Source of the DNA: Candidatus Peribacteria bacterium
GTDB taxonomy: Bacteria > Patescibacteriota > Gracilibacteria > Peribacterales > Peribacteraceae
Length of the DNA stretch: 64,000 nucleotides
Reading direction: 5' to 3'
Assembly: GCA_041691135.1 (NCBI GenBank)
Contig: JBEPVF010000005.1
Location: 21,639 to 85,638, forward strand
Below are positions 9,336-21,965 of this stretch, in pieces. Both the position numbers and the translations under genes were made by a program. The notes beneath the pieces are model-generated. The model had not been told where the DNA came from. It searched no databases and worked only from the letters and a program-made list of their open reading frames with translations. The first letter of the stretch is position 1. Every line of letters begins with the position of its first letter.

Positions 9336-12101
9336 ATGAGAAAACCACGCATCGTTTATCGTTGTTTTTCGCTCGCTCTCCTGCTCCTGGTGAGTCAGTC
9401 GTCAGTGGTGTCCGCGCAATCGCTGAGTAGTGACGCGACACTCCCGGTACCGCCGATGCTGCAAAATTTGAATCAGAACCCCAGCAGCGCAGGCATGACG
9501 ACACCGGTCATGCCAATCACACCATCGAGTGAGCACATCGCCATGCCCGCCGGCCAGATCGTCGAGATCATGGGAGCTGATGCCCAATTGGAATATTCAT
9601 GGACATTCAGCCGCGATGGAAATTTTTTGGGAGCCGCCCGGGGACATCTGTTCCGCACACGCGTGGTGCAACCCGGCACCTATTCGTTGCGCGTCGATGC
9701 CACCGATATGAATCATACAGTCGAGAGCCAGCAGGAATTTTTGCTCGACGTGAGTACGGTCACCGCCAATACATTTTCGGGTTCCGGCGTGCCGGTAGAT
9801 TTGTCTGTTCCGTCGGCTTCCTCGACGCTCTTCACAACGCAGCCGGCGACAACCGATCATCTGATCGATTTGCATGGCGCTTCGGTCCTGATGATTCAAC
9901 CGGCATCATCGGACATCGCAACCATCGATATCGATACGAATGCCAGCGTGGATAGTGACGGCAATGGAAATCCACAGGACGATCACGACACACTGGACAC
10001 GTTTTTCCATCAGGCCAAAAACCCGCTGTATATTTGGTTCTCCAACCGTCAGGTACAAGAACGTCCGCTGCGGGTTTTGATCACGCTCAACAGCGGACAA
10101 GCGAATGATCAGGATCTCACTCTTGTTAGTTCAGCGACACAGGCAAATCAATCGACTCTCACGGTACAAGCACAGCCAACTGGTCCGGCAACCGTGCAGT
10201 TTTCTCTCGTTCCGCCGCCTGCTCCCAGTGCAGGGAATCCGCTGCTCACCGAATGGTCGTTCGGCGACAGTACGCAAAGTCTGACTGAGCAGCCCATCCA
10301 TACCTATGTACGGAACGGAACATACGCAGTTACAGCGCAGGTGCGGAGCCTGACAACCGGCCGCATCGTGACGCGCGGCCAAACGTCGGTTGTGATCTCT
10401 GATGCCAGTGGAACGACAATCGGTGCATCCGTATCGAGTGCCGTATCGAGTGCATCCGTGGCTGCAACGACAAACGATTCAAGCGGATTACTGTGGTTGG
10501 TTCTCAAGATTGTCTTCTCCATCATTCTGATTGGCGGATTGTTTGGAGGATTGCTATGGGCGATCTTCCGTCTGTTACGCCGCCGCGGATTTCAATCGCG
10601 CTTGGACGACACACTCGACTCGCCTGCGTCTGATCGTGCAAGTTCAGGCAGTCTGAAAGATGTCATTGATGTGCCGGCTGCGCCATTAACTCTGCGACGC
10701 TCGGAGGAGACCAAACCGGTACAGACTGCACCTACACCCGCACCGAAAGCAGAACCGCCTCGACCTGTACCACCTCCTGCTGTCACTTCTACACCTGCAT
10801 CGTTTACACCTGCAGCTTCAAGCAATGCCGCTCCTACTCCTGCATGGCTTCAGAAAGGGCTCGCCACGAATGACGAACAAAAAGCACCGCTCGATACGGT
10901 GCCCGCTCCGCTCCCGACATCGCCGAATGTACGACCGGAACCGGCATCGACACCCGCATGGTTGCAGCCGAAATCATCGCCGCCTTCAGCCCCGCCCGTA
11001 ACGCCTGCTCCACTTTCCACTGCACCGAGCCCCGCCCCGACCATCGACGAAACTGAAGCGCCCGCTTGGCTGAAGAAAGGCTTGAACACGTCGACAGAAT
11101 CAAATGCACCGTCTTCTTCGACACCTATTGCGGCGCCCGCAAAGCCCGCTGTCCCCGCTGAGCCGTCGAACCCCTCGCCACCTCCATCACCCGCACCAAA
11201 GCCGTGGACTCCTCCACCAGTGAGTAGCCCTTCAGCTGCACCGACTGCCCCTCCGATCGCAACAACGACTACGCCGGCGCCCGTTACACCTCCGTTGAAC
11301 CAGACTGTGCGTCCTGTCCCGCCGCCAAGTCCAACTCCAGCAACAACCACGACGCCGGATACTCTTCCTTCGTGGTTACAAGATGCATCGCCTTCTCCGT
11401 CTGCCACAGTTCAAACGCCTGCTGCTCCGAAGCCGACCGAACCACCTGCCGAGAGTACAAAGCCAGCGCCGGTTCCTCCGCCGTTGCCAGTCGCAACCAA
11501 GCCGATACCCGCGCCTCAGCCTACTGCCGCATCAAACACACCTGCAACACCCAAGACGACCGCATCTGCTGAATCGTCTGCTCCCACGTCTCCTGTCGTC
11601 TCCGCTCCTGCAACCGCACCAACTCCATCGATAGAACCACCCGCTCCTGCGCCAGTGCCTGCTGCGACTACACCTTCTATTGCTCCACCCGTGCCTCCGC
11701 CAACTGTGTCTCCCAAAGACAATCAGGAACAGGAACACGATGAGCGCGAACGTGAACGCAAGCGCCGCAAGCGTCAGCGCTACCGGGAAAATCTGAAACG
11801 CCGCAAAGAAGCCGGTGAAGTAAGCAATGAAACAGACGATGGACCAGACGAAGACAACGGCCCTGCCCCTACAGCACCGACATCCGATTCCCTGACCCCG
11901 CCCGCTCCACCATCCCCGAGCAGTCCTAGCCCAACCGACGTCAAACAACCGTCCACGCCCGTTGCAAGTCCGGCACTCCCACCGAGTCCCTCCGCACTGG
12001 AAGATACGGATGATGACGTCGCATTCGTCGTCCGTGCCGATAGCCTCGATCCGAATAATTCGAGCCCTGCGGTGCAAGATCAACCGTCCATTGAGGAATA
12101 G
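9336..12101 (+). CDS. PKD-domain surface protein with TM helix and long Pro-rich tail
   Basis: Signal peptide, DSDGNGNPQDD acidic loop, WSFGD..HTY..NGTYAV PKD motif, TM helix, Pro-rich region with P[AS]WL repeats. Confidence 0.8.
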   Translation: MRKPRIVYRCFSLALLLLVSQSSVVSAQSLSSDATLPVPPMLQNLNQNPSSAGMTTPVMPITPSSEHIAMPAGQIVEIMGADAQLEYSWTFSRDGNFLGAARGHLFRTRVVQPGTYSLRVDATDMNHTVESQQEFLLDVSTVTANTFSGSGVPVDLSVPSASSTLFTTQPATTDHLIDLHGASVLMIQPASSDIATIDIDTNASVDSDGNGNPQDDHDTLDTFFHQAKNPLYIWFSNRQVQERPLRVLITLNSGQANDQDLTLVSSATQANQSTLTVQAQPTGPATVQFSLVPPPAPSAGNPLLTEWSFGDSTQSLTEQPIHTYVRNGTYAVTAQVRSLTTGRIVTRGQTSVVISDASGTTIGASVSSAVSSASVAATTNDSSGLLWLVLKIVFSIILIGGLFGGLLWAIFRLLRRRGFQSRLDDTLDSPASDRASSGSLKDVIDVPAAPLTLRRSEETKPVQTAPTPAPKAEPPRPVPPPAVTSTPASFTPAASSNAAPTPAWLQKGLATNDEQKAPLDTVPAPLPTSPNVRPEPASTPAWLQPKSSPPSAPPVTPAPLSTAPSPAPTIDETEAPAWLKKGLNTSTESNAPSSSTPIAAPAKPAVPAEPSNPSPPPSPAPKPWTPPPVSSPSAAPTAPPIATTTTPAPVTPPLNQTVRPVPPPSPTPATTTTPDTLPSWLQDASPSPSATVQTPAAPKPTEPPAESTKPAPVPPPLPVATKPIPAPQPTAASNTPATPKTTASAESSAPTSPVVSAPATAPTPSIEPPAPAPVPAATTPSIAPPVPPPTVSPKDNQEQEHDERERERKRRKRQRYRENLKRRKEAGEVSNETDDGPDEDNGPAPTAPTSDSLTPPAPPSPSSPSPTDVKQPSTPVASPALPPSPSALEDTDDDVAFVVRADSLDPNNSSPAVQDQPSIEE

Positions 12102-12181
12102 CCGAAATGACCGAATCTCTGTTCACTTGGTCATAAATTGGTTTAGAATGCCAGCGCGTTTTCAGCGTACGCGCTTCGCAT

Positions 12182-12259
12182 GGCGAGTGTAGCTCAGTTG
12201 GTTAGAGCGTCAGGTTGTGGTCCTGAAGGTCGAGGGTTCGAGACCCTTCACTCGCCCCA
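12182..12259 (+). tRNA. tRNA-His (GUG)
   Basis: G-1 plus acceptor stem GCGAGTG/CACTCGC, anticodon arm TCAGG-TTGTGGT-CCTGA, GGTTCGAG T-loop, C discriminator, encoded CCA. Confidence 0.97.
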
Positions 12260-12294
12260 TTGCAAAAAGTAGATGAAAGTTACATTATATATTT

Positions 12295-12627
12295 ATGACA
12301 ATTGACCAAACACCAAGTGGAAATAATGAAAAAGAATTTGAAGAAGCGTATGGACAATATAATAGACTGTGCGGAGATAGCTCCATCGATCATGAAACCG
12401 CTGACTGGCTTTATGATTTAACAAAAACTGAACCCATCAAATTTATAAAAGAAGTGCAAATTATTTATGAAAGGATAGAAGCAGAAAGACAATTTGATAC
12501 ATTATGCGAACAAAGTCTCATAGATACTCAAACTGCTGAAGCATTAGAAAGATTAAAAGAAGAAAATCTCCAGGAATTCACTAATGAAGTAAGAAAACTA
12601 TCAGAAGAACTATTGAGAACCTTATGA
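12295..12627 (+). CDS. hypothetical acidic protein with internal duplication
   Basis: AT-rich 110-aa ORF; IDHETADWLYDL..KFIKEV resembles IDTQTAEALERL..EFTNEV. Confidence 0.65.
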   Translation: MTIDQTPSGNNEKEFEEAYGQYNRLCGDSSIDHETADWLYDLTKTEPIKFIKEVQIIYERIEAERQFDTLCEQSLIDTQTAEALERLKEENLQEFTNEVRKLSEELLRTL

Positions 12628-12890
12628 AAAGTTATTGATTTCTGTATTGATTATTTCCTAAGAATTGCAGTCTCATTTTAAAGTGAAATAGAAAGTAACC
12701 TTGCCTGTCGCACTTCCCATTCAATCTTCGCGGCATAGGAGAACTACGTTTTCTCTTATTTTACTTTTGCCAAAGAAGACTACATCGTCGCTGGCTTGGA
12801 GAATCGCCACTACGATGAACTCTGTGCTAACTTCCTCGCGAAGCCGGACTTCCCAAACCCCCTTTCCACTGGTAACATCCTTGACTAAGT

Positions 12891-14234
12891 ATGGCTGAGC
12901 CCCTTTTTCGCACACCCAAAGGCACGCACGATGCTCTCCCGGACGAGCAGACGTACATGACGTACATCAAGAAAGCCGTGCGTCACCGCGCTCGCCAAGC
13001 CGGTTATAAGCGCATCGATCCGCCGATATTCGAATATCGCAGCATCTTTGAACGTGGCATCGGCGCACACACCGATATTGTAGAAAAGGAACTCTTCACG
13101 GTGACCGGTAAAAAAAGTGAGGAGGGAGAGGGGCGTGAGTACGCCCTGCGCCCGGAATTCACAGCCGGCATCTGCCGATCGTACATCGAGCATTCTATGC
13201 AGCAATTGCCGCAGCCCGTAGAGCTGTACGCTATTGGACAGTGCTTCCGCTACGACCGTCCACAGAAGGGGCGCTTCCGGCAGTTCAGCCAGATCGATAT
13301 GGAAGTCATCGGTCTGCGCGATCCGAGCCTTGATGCGCAGCTCATTCATGTATTTTCCAAAATTCTGAGCGACCTCAAAATTCTCCCTCGCCTCACCCTG
13401 CAAGTGAACAACATCGGTACGGCCGAAAACCGCGCCGCCTTCGTCGAAGCATTGAAAGATTATTTCATCGGCAAAGAGCGCAACCTACCTGCCGACGATC
13501 AGCGCCGATTGGAAACAAACCCGTTGCGCCTATTGGATTCCAAGGAAGAAGATACTCAAATTCTTCTGCGCAGCGCGCCGAAACTCGATCAGTTTATTAC
13601 CGACGAGAGCAAACAATTCCATGCGACTCTGCTTGAATATCTCGAAGCACTCGGCGTGTCATTCATCGAAAATTCCCTGCTCGTCCGCGGCTTGGACTAC
13701 TACAACCAAACCGTCTTCGAATACTGGGATTCATCCACCGGCATGCAGAATGCCGTGGGCGGAGGCGGACGGTACGATACGCTGATCGAACTGCTCGGCG
13801 GCAAACCGACGCCCGGTATCGGCTTTGCAGCCGGCGTTGAACGGATTATCTGGCACATGAAGGAAGCGGGTGTAAAAGTGCCCAACAAAGATCAGGTGGA
13901 TGTCTTCGTGGCGCAACTGGGACCCGAAGCGAAAAAGAAGTGCCTCACGTTGGTATCGGAATTGCGCGAAAAAGGCATTCACACCGTCGGAGCGCTCGGC
14001 GAAGCGAGCCTGAAGAGCCAAATGCGCCTGGCCGACAAGTTCGAAGCACGTTACACGCTCCTCCTTGGCAAGCTGGAAGTGAAGGAAGGCACGATCATCG
14101 TACGCGACATGAAAGCCGGCAAGCAGAAGCAGATGAAGTTCGAAGAAGCGATCCCGGAAGTCATTTCTCTCATTGGAAAGCAAAATCTGGACACGTACGT
14201 TCTGCGTGACCATATGGGCGTAGAAGAGGACTGA
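12891..14234 (+). CDS. hisS: histidine--tRNA ligase
   Basis: PKGTHD, LRPEFTA, FRYDRPQKGRFRQF, LVRGLDYY, GGGRYD. Confidence 0.98.
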   Translation: MAEPLFRTPKGTHDALPDEQTYMTYIKKAVRHRARQAGYKRIDPPIFEYRSIFERGIGAHTDIVEKELFTVTGKKSEEGEGREYALRPEFTAGICRSYIEHSMQQLPQPVELYAIGQCFRYDRPQKGRFRQFSQIDMEVIGLRDPSLDAQLIHVFSKILSDLKILPRLTLQVNNIGTAENRAAFVEALKDYFIGKERNLPADDQRRLETNPLRLLDSKEEDTQILLRSAPKLDQFITDESKQFHATLLEYLEALGVSFIENSLLVRGLDYYNQTVFEYWDSSTGMQNAVGGGGRYDTLIELLGGKPTPGIGFAAGVERIIWHMKEAGVKVPNKDQVDVFVAQLGPEAKKKCLTLVSELREKGIHTVGALGEASLKSQMRLADKFEARYTLLLGKLEVKEGTIIVRDMKAGKQKQMKFEEAIPEVISLIGKQNLDTYVLRDHMGVEED

Positions 14235-14306
14235 CGGAAAAATCAAGAGTGATTTTTGGTGTTTCATCAGTCATAATACTTGCACGTATTCGTCAGACAA
14301 GAACTG

Positions 14307-15020
14307 ATGATCAGCATTGTTATCCCCGCCTATAACGAAGAACGGCGCATTGCCCGATGTCTGGACGCCTTGGCGCGCCAGATCACCGCTGAACAGATCG
14401 AGGTAATCGTCGTCAACAACGCATCCTCCGACCGGACAGCGGAAATCGCCGAATCATTTCAAGATCGCCTCAACGTGCGCGTGGTCTATGAGCCGGTACG
14501 CCGGCGCGGCGCGGCACGAGCTGCGGGTTGCGCGGTAGCACGCGGCGAAATCTTATTTGGTATCGACGCCGATAGCGTCCCCACCCCCGATTGGGTCGAA
14601 ACGTTCGTCGAGGCATTTCGCGCGAACCCAAAGGTAGTAGGTATCGCCGGCACCACACGCATCGAAGATTGCAACCGGCTAACCAACGTTGTGTACGATT
14701 TTGGCTGGCCTCTGTCGTTGTATCTGTATCGCCTATTCATGGGACACTTCAGTCTCAGCGGCCACAACTTCGCTGTCCGTCGTGATGCATATGAGCAGGC
14801 CGGCGGTTTCGATCCCACATTCGATGCACTCGAGGATGTGGACCTGACCAGTCGCGTCAGCAAGATCGGCAAAATCAAATTATTACGCCATCCCAAAATC
14901 CTCATTTCGGGCCGCCGCTTCCGCAAAGGTTTTCTGCGGGGCCTGTTCGAATATATCTCCAGCTACATCGAGATTTACTGGCTGGACCGCGGGACAGTGG
15001 AGATGAGCAGCTTGCAGTGA
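14307..15020 (+). CDS. glycosyltransferase family 2
   Basis: ISIVIPAYNEE, VVNNASSDRT, DAD, GGFD..EDVDL. Confidence 0.92.
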   Translation: MISIVIPAYNEERRIARCLDALARQITAEQIEVIVVNNASSDRTAEIAESFQDRLNVRVVYEPVRRRGAARAAGCAVARGEILFGIDADSVPTPDWVETFVEAFRANPKVVGIAGTTRIEDCNRLTNVVYDFGWPLSLYLYRLFMGHFSLSGHNFAVRRDAYEQAGGFDPTFDALEDVDLTSRVSKIGKIKLLRHPKILISGRRFRKGFLRGLFEYISSYIEIYWLDRGTVEMSSLQ

Positions 15021-15066
15021 GGTTTTTGCCATTCAAGAGAGAGGTGTTTTTGCTGACTCCGCGTAA

Positions 15067-15182
15067 GTGAAGAAACCCGACGGCGCTGAGGGAACCGACG
15101 AGGCGATTCGAGATTATTGTCAGTCGCTGCGTGTCTATAAAGAACCGAGGACAATCCTCGGCTTCTTCGGTTGCGTCGGTTC
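15067..15182. repeat. 9-bp-periodic inverted-repeat element, copy A
   Basis: GGAACCGA-type units on the left, TCGGTT-type on the right, core GATTCGAGATT..AGTCGCT shared with 17316-17439. Confidence 0.7.
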
Positions 15183-15184
15183 TC

Positions 15185-17245
<2,061 letters not shown>

Positions 17246-17315
17246 TTAGAGAAATTTGAGAGGGGAAGCAATGTGTAGAACGGCTTTTAGGTCAATTTTA
17301 TTGAACAGGAACAAG

Positions 17316-17439
17316 GTGAAGAAACCGAGGCAACAAAGGGAACCGAAGGAACCGATGATTCGAGATTGTTATTAGTCGCTTGATATCTCTCATTATAAAA
17401 CAAACAGATGATTTGCCTCGGTTCCTTCGGTTTCGTCTG
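17316..17439. repeat. 9-bp-periodic inverted-repeat element, copy B
   Basis: Same arms and central core as 15067-15182, same orientation. Confidence 0.7.
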
Positions 17440-17493
17440 ACAAATCCAATTCCCTTGCAATGACCCCGATTCTCCCTTAACCTTCCCCGGCCC

Positions 17494-17709
17494 ATGGCTA
17501 TCTACGCAATCAAGAAAGGCGAAGAAACGAACGACCGTCTGCAGCAGCGGTTTAAGAAGCAGGTCCAGAAGTCCGGTCTGCTCAAACTCCTGCGCGAACG
17601 GAATAGTTTCAAGCGTCCGCTGACGCGACGTCTGCAGCGTCTCCGCGCTCTCAAGCGCGAGTTCTATCGCGGTCTGAATAAGAAGAAACAGTTTTATTCA
17701 AACATGTAA
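17494..17709 (+). CDS. rpsU: 30S ribosomal protein S21
   Basis: 71 aa, basic, KKGEET..L..RFKKQVQKSGLL...R...F.RP. Confidence 0.8.
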   Translation: MAIYAIKKGEETNDRLQQRFKKQVQKSGLLKLLRERNSFKRPLTRRLQRLRALKREFYRGLNKKKQFYSNM

Positions 17710-17771
17710 TTCGGATCTGGAGGTCGCAGACGCTCTTTTGCCGTGCTCAAAATAAAAGGATTTTGTAATCC

Positions 17772-18599
17772 TCACAAAACAATATGCCATACCTCAAACA
17801 ACCCCCACATCGCTAATCCAACGAATGCGATGCTGCCCAGGAACGAGATGATGGGCTGTTTGACAATAAGGATGGTGCGTTCGGGCGAAAGGAAAAGGCA
17901 GATATTGAGCAACAGATGTCCGAGCAGGACGCCAATTGCAAAACCGTACACATGCACCACCGAGAAGAGCGGCACGTAACCGGCAAAATCATCGAGACCC
18001 AGAATGAACGGGATGCTGGCTGAAAAGAGGAGAAGATGCCACCAACTGGGCTGGGGCTTTGCGTTCAAGGTGGCGTGCGGCACGATACGATTGAGTACGG
18101 GAGCCGTGACGCGGTTGATGGCCGCAAGAACGCGCGAACAGATATCGACAGCCGTATGGAAAAGGCGCGGGTACCGGTTGTCCTCATCCCGTGCATGTTC
18201 CAGACCGTCTTCGGCCAACTTGAGCAACACGAGCGATGCCAGCAGGATCATGAGCGCCAGCAGCCAATCGATATCGCGGAAGAAACTCCAGATGGCCAGG
18301 ATTACGACGGTACCGAACGCATTGCCGGCGGCCGTACCACATTCGATCGCGATACGATTCTTCCAGCCGGGATTCGTCCGCATCAGATGGCCGATAAAAA
18401 TAGCAAAGTCGATCGACGTCTTGATGTAAATCGTCATTCCTACCAGCACATCGGTCCACAGAATCGTCAGTTGAATGGGTGCACCAAGGTGAACCATGTT
18501 CAAGACGATTATTTCGCCATGCAGTACCGCCCACATCAGCGCGAACACCACGACTGTGAGGAGCAGAGGAATCCCTTGCTGAAGCAATGTAGGACGCAC
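17772..18599 (-). CDS. integral membrane protein, CadD/LysE-superfamily-like
   Basis: Multiple TM helices; TSIDF and GLDDFAGYVPLF resemble CadD-family motifs. Confidence 0.6.
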   Translation of the reverse strand: MRPTLLQQGIPLLLTVVVFALMWAVLHGEIIVLNMVHLGAPIQLTILWTDVLVGMTIYIKTSIDFAIFIGHLMRTNPGWKNRIAIECGTAAGNAFGTVVILAIWSFFRDIDWLLALMILLASLVLLKLAEDGLEHARDEDNRYPRLFHTAVDICSRVLAAINRVTAPVLNRIVPHATLNAKPQPSWWHLLLFSASIPFILGLDDFAGYVPLFSVVHVYGFAIGVLLGHLLLNICLFLSPERTILIVKQPIISFLGSIAFVGLAMWGLFEVWHIVL

Positions 18600-18609
18600 C
18601 GAGTCGGTA

Positions 18610-20355
18610 CTAACGGACTAACTGAAGACCCTTGAGTAAGGTATCGTCGCGGCCGGTATTGTCCTGCGTAACACCGACATCCGGATCAATTCCCTGACCG
18701 TCGATCCCACGGTTGAGCGGCGTGAACCACTTGGCAATCGTCACTTTGAGCGTCGAGCCGTCATCGAAATTGAAAGTCCGTTGTACCGATCCTTTGCCGA
18801 AACTCTTCTCGCCTACCAATGTCGCCCGCTTGTAATCCTGCAGAGCACCAGCGACGATCTCCGACGCACTCGCCGATCCTTTGTTAATGAGCACGACCAT
18901 CGGCAACGTTGTCGGGAATATCGGATCCATCTCGGTCTTTTCGGTCTCTTCCGCTCCGTCATTCGTCTTCACGATGGCATAGGTCGAACCTTTGGGCATG
19001 AACGTCCCCATGACCACACCGGCTGTGTGGAGGAAACCACCAGGGTTGTTGCGCAAATCGAGCACGATACCCGTCGGGTTCTTAAGCGCAACAGCCTGCA
19101 TCATTGTGCGGAAGTTATCGTCGGTAATCTGACCGAATTGCATCAATTGAATTACTGCCACATTGTCGTTGTAACTGACATCAATTTCGGGAATCCTGAC
19201 CAGATCGCGCACTACATCCAGATCAAACTCCACACCGTTGCGGCGCAGGTGAAGCTTTACAGTGGTGCCCTTGAGGCCGCGTATCTTGTCGACCGCGTCT
19301 TGCAGGGGCAAATCGTTTAAACTGACGCCGTCGGCTTGGAGGATTTCATCGCCACCCTGAATGCCCGCTTTTTCGGCCGGCGAACTGCGAAGCGGCGCCA
19401 CCACTGTGAGAACCGAATGTCCGCCTGCATCCTTGCGCTGTTCGACAGTCGCTCCGATGCCGGTCACCTCACCGTTCAGTTGGCTCTCGAAATTCTTCGC
19501 CGAGCTTGGCGGCATAAAGACCGTGTAGGGATCTTTGACGCTCTCGGCCAGTGCCTCCGCCGCTTTGTATGCGGCCTGATCTTCATCCACCTTATCGTGA
19601 TAGTAGTAATCGTTATTCAAGATCTGCCACACCTGCTCCAAGGTGTCCTGATGCGGCAGTATTTGTTTGACAGATCCGGTCTTCGATCCGGTCGAACCGG
19701 GAAGACTGATCGTGATCGTCGGTATAGTGCGCGTGGGTGCGGCCACCGGTTTAGCCGATGCATTTTTGAGCAACTGGAGGGCATCCTTTTTCGAGAGCGC
19801 CATCTGCACGCCAAACGTATCGCTGCCTGCAGGCTGGAGCCAGTTACGACTGAGGGCGATTGCAATCGCCTTCCCTGTATCGGACGTCTGATCGACATCG
19901 GTAAAAGATCGCTGCGTCGCAGATGAATCGGTCAGCTTGCGCAGCTGTACGACGAAGAGCACAGCCTGACCGCGCGTAATCGCAGCGCTCAAATTGGCCG
20001 TACCGCCGATGGCATCCAGTGCACCAACATCCTGCGCCGTCTGAAGATACGGAAGGAGATCGGATGAGATGCCCCGGACCGTCAGATCTTTCCTGGTAGA
20101 AAGCGGCATACCGAAGGCCAATACAGCCTGACGCACGAATTCGGCGCGCGTGATGCGGGCGGCCGTGGCGGTGACGGTCACATCTTTGATCGTCCGTGCC
20201 TGGGCGCTCACCGGCACCAACGCAACACCTACACTGCCTATCAGAAGGAAAGCCGAAAGTCCGGAGGCAATGCCCGACGTAATACACGTGCGCAGGCGAA
20301 ACTGACCAGGTTGAGAAGCGTGTGTCATGCAAGATGGGGTGAGGCGGATAAGCAT
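18610..20355 (-). CDS. S41 family C-terminal processing peptidase with SLH-like and PDZ domains
   Basis: ITRAEF/ITRGQA SLH-like; DPYT, GIG, SPAEKAGI PDZ; DLRNNPGG, SASASEIVAGALQD, FGKGSVQ; exact start uncertain. Confidence 0.92.
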   Translation of the reverse strand: MLIRLTPSCMTHASQPGQFRLRTCITSGIASGLSAFLLIGSVGVALVPVSAQARTIKDVTVTATAARITRAEFVRQAVLAFGMPLSTRKDLTVRGISSDLLPYLQTAQDVGALDAIGGTANLSAAITRGQAVLFVVQLRKLTDSSATQRSFTDVDQTSDTGKAIAIALSRNWLQPAGSDTFGVQMALSKKDALQLLKNASAKPVAAPTRTIPTITISLPGSTGSKTGSVKQILPHQDTLEQVWQILNNDYYYHDKVDEDQAAYKAAEALAESVKDPYTVFMPPSSAKNFESQLNGEVTGIGATVEQRKDAGGHSVLTVVAPLRSSPAEKAGIQGGDEILQADGVSLNDLPLQDAVDKIRGLKGTTVKLHLRRNGVEFDLDVVRDLVRIPEIDVSYNDNVAVIQLMQFGQITDDNFRTMMQAVALKNPTGIVLDLRNNPGGFLHTAGVVMGTFMPKGSTYAIVKTNDGAEETEKTEMDPIFPTTLPMVVLINKGSASASEIVAGALQDYKRATLVGEKSFGKGSVQRTFNFDDGSTLKVTIAKWFTPLNRGIDGQGIDPDVGVTQDNTGRDDTLLKGLQLVR

Positions 20356-20463
20356 CGTTAGGTGCGCATTCTATCCGCATTCATGTTCAATTTCCAAGCA
20401 GGTTCACTTAAAAACAATTACTTTTAAAAGCACGAATATCGAAATTCGGCGGATTTCAAATTT

Positions 20464-21828
20464 TTACACCGTCGCTTCTTGAATAACGAACGTATCGGTC
20501 GAAAAGATGTGCCCACGTTCCTTTATATTCTCCCGCCGTGTGAAAAGGAAACTCAGCAACGAAAATCCGCCGGCCACATACAGCAATGATGGAAACAGCA
20601 GCAACGCGATAAAGTGAAGCGGCGAGCCGGGCGACGAATGGAACAGATCGCCGAAGGTGTGCGGATTACCGGGCAGCGCTTCGGGCAGCGATACGAGGAA
20701 GTTCGCCGTCGCATGTAACAGTGAAGCGGCAATGAGTCCGATCCAGAGCATCTGCCGACGGAAAATTTCTTTGCGCGGGATACGCAGGACGCGATGCAGC
20801 ACTTCCACCAGCCAGAACTTTTTTCCGCGCTGTTCGGCATCCTGAAGATATGGAACCGCGAACAAGCTTAATCCAAAGAAGTAGCCCATTACACCCGTGG
20901 AGACGATGTGCACCATGCTGGTCAGCACGGAACGTCCGGCAACGTTACCCAGAAAGCCGAACCAGTCCTGCTTCTGCGGCGAGTAGAGGTAGTCGTTTAC
21001 AAAACCCAGGAAGTAGCTCTGATTCAGCACATTTTCGGCAAACGCGAATCCGATGGCGACGATCACTGATAGCTGAAGGACATCGTCGATACTCGTGAAC
21101 ACCGAGTAGCCGCTCAGGCGCACAACCCAATACTTGCTCGTTTCTTCCAGAATGCCTATGAGTACGAACGTGAACGCCAATACGAGAATGGTGGAGATGA
21201 CGACCGACAGCTGAGGGTACGATGTGCGCACAAACGTCTCGATCGTCACATTAAAATTCTCCGGCACGATGCGGAAGAAAAAGAACTGCAATTCGGCACC
21301 GCGACGCAGCAGTGCGTCGTAGAACAAAATCGGCGCCGTCGACACCATGCCCGAAAAGAACATGAGCAGGACACGACTGCGTTTTTCGCGATGATACTTT
21401 AGAAACAATGCACTCCACACGAGCGCCGGCACAATCGCCACGGCAATCGCCAACAGGTGAGCGATGCGCTCGGCAATCGATTCGTTCCACAGAATGTGCA
21501 AGCCGACCCATAGAATAAATGAGCCGAGCACCGTCGCCTTCACATGCGGTTCACCCATCCCGAACATCAAACGCCACAGCAGAAACACAAAGAGCACTCC
21601 TATGCCCACCATGGCTGTATTCGATGCCGGATCGTGGTTCAGAATATATTCTGCGATGCGCAGGATCCCCATCGAGATGAGCGTGCCCAAAACGGCAGCC
21701 AGAATGTAATGATAATTCTTCCGCTTCGCTCGTCCGAGCAGATCTGCCACCATCACCGCCAGAACTGCCAGCAACACGATTATCGTCTTCGCATTGGCCA
21801 AGCCGACAATGAAGGACGTGAAGGGCAT
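20464..21828 (-). CDS. PrsW family intramembrane metalloprotease
   Basis: EETSK, GFAFAEN, MVH, LHATAN motifs. Confidence 0.88.
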   Translation of the reverse strand: MPFTSFIVGLANAKTIIVLLAVLAVMVADLLGRAKRKNYHYILAAVLGTLISMGILRIAEYILNHDPASNTAMVGIGVLFVFLLWRLMFGMGEPHVKATVLGSFILWVGLHILWNESIAERIAHLLAIAVAIVPALVWSALFLKYHREKRSRVLLMFFSGMVSTAPILFYDALLRRGAELQFFFFRIVPENFNVTIETFVRTSYPQLSVVISTILVLAFTFVLIGILEETSKYWVVRLSGYSVFTSIDDVLQLSVIVAIGFAFAENVLNQSYFLGFVNDYLYSPQKQDWFGFLGNVAGRSVLTSMVHIVSTGVMGYFFGLSLFAVPYLQDAEQRGKKFWLVEVLHRVLRIPRKEIFRRQMLWIGLIAASLLHATANFLVSLPEALPGNPHTFGDLFHSSPGSPLHFIALLLFPSLLYVAGGFSLLSFLFTRRENIKERGHIFSTDTFVIQEATV

Positions 21829-21965
21829 AAATCATATAATTATAGCACAATTTTGTCCTTTAATAAAGTAGCGGTTTAGGGCTGTTTCATGAATGATACG
21901 AGCTGAGATTAGCCAATTGCAGCCTTGCAATTCTCCATTCTTGATTTTCAATTCTCAACTTCCCA

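Noticed and set aside
21905-21965. Heptamer-like runs before glyQS (also near 24560-24625 and 50130-50160)
   Set aside because: Too short and degenerate to delimit as features by eye
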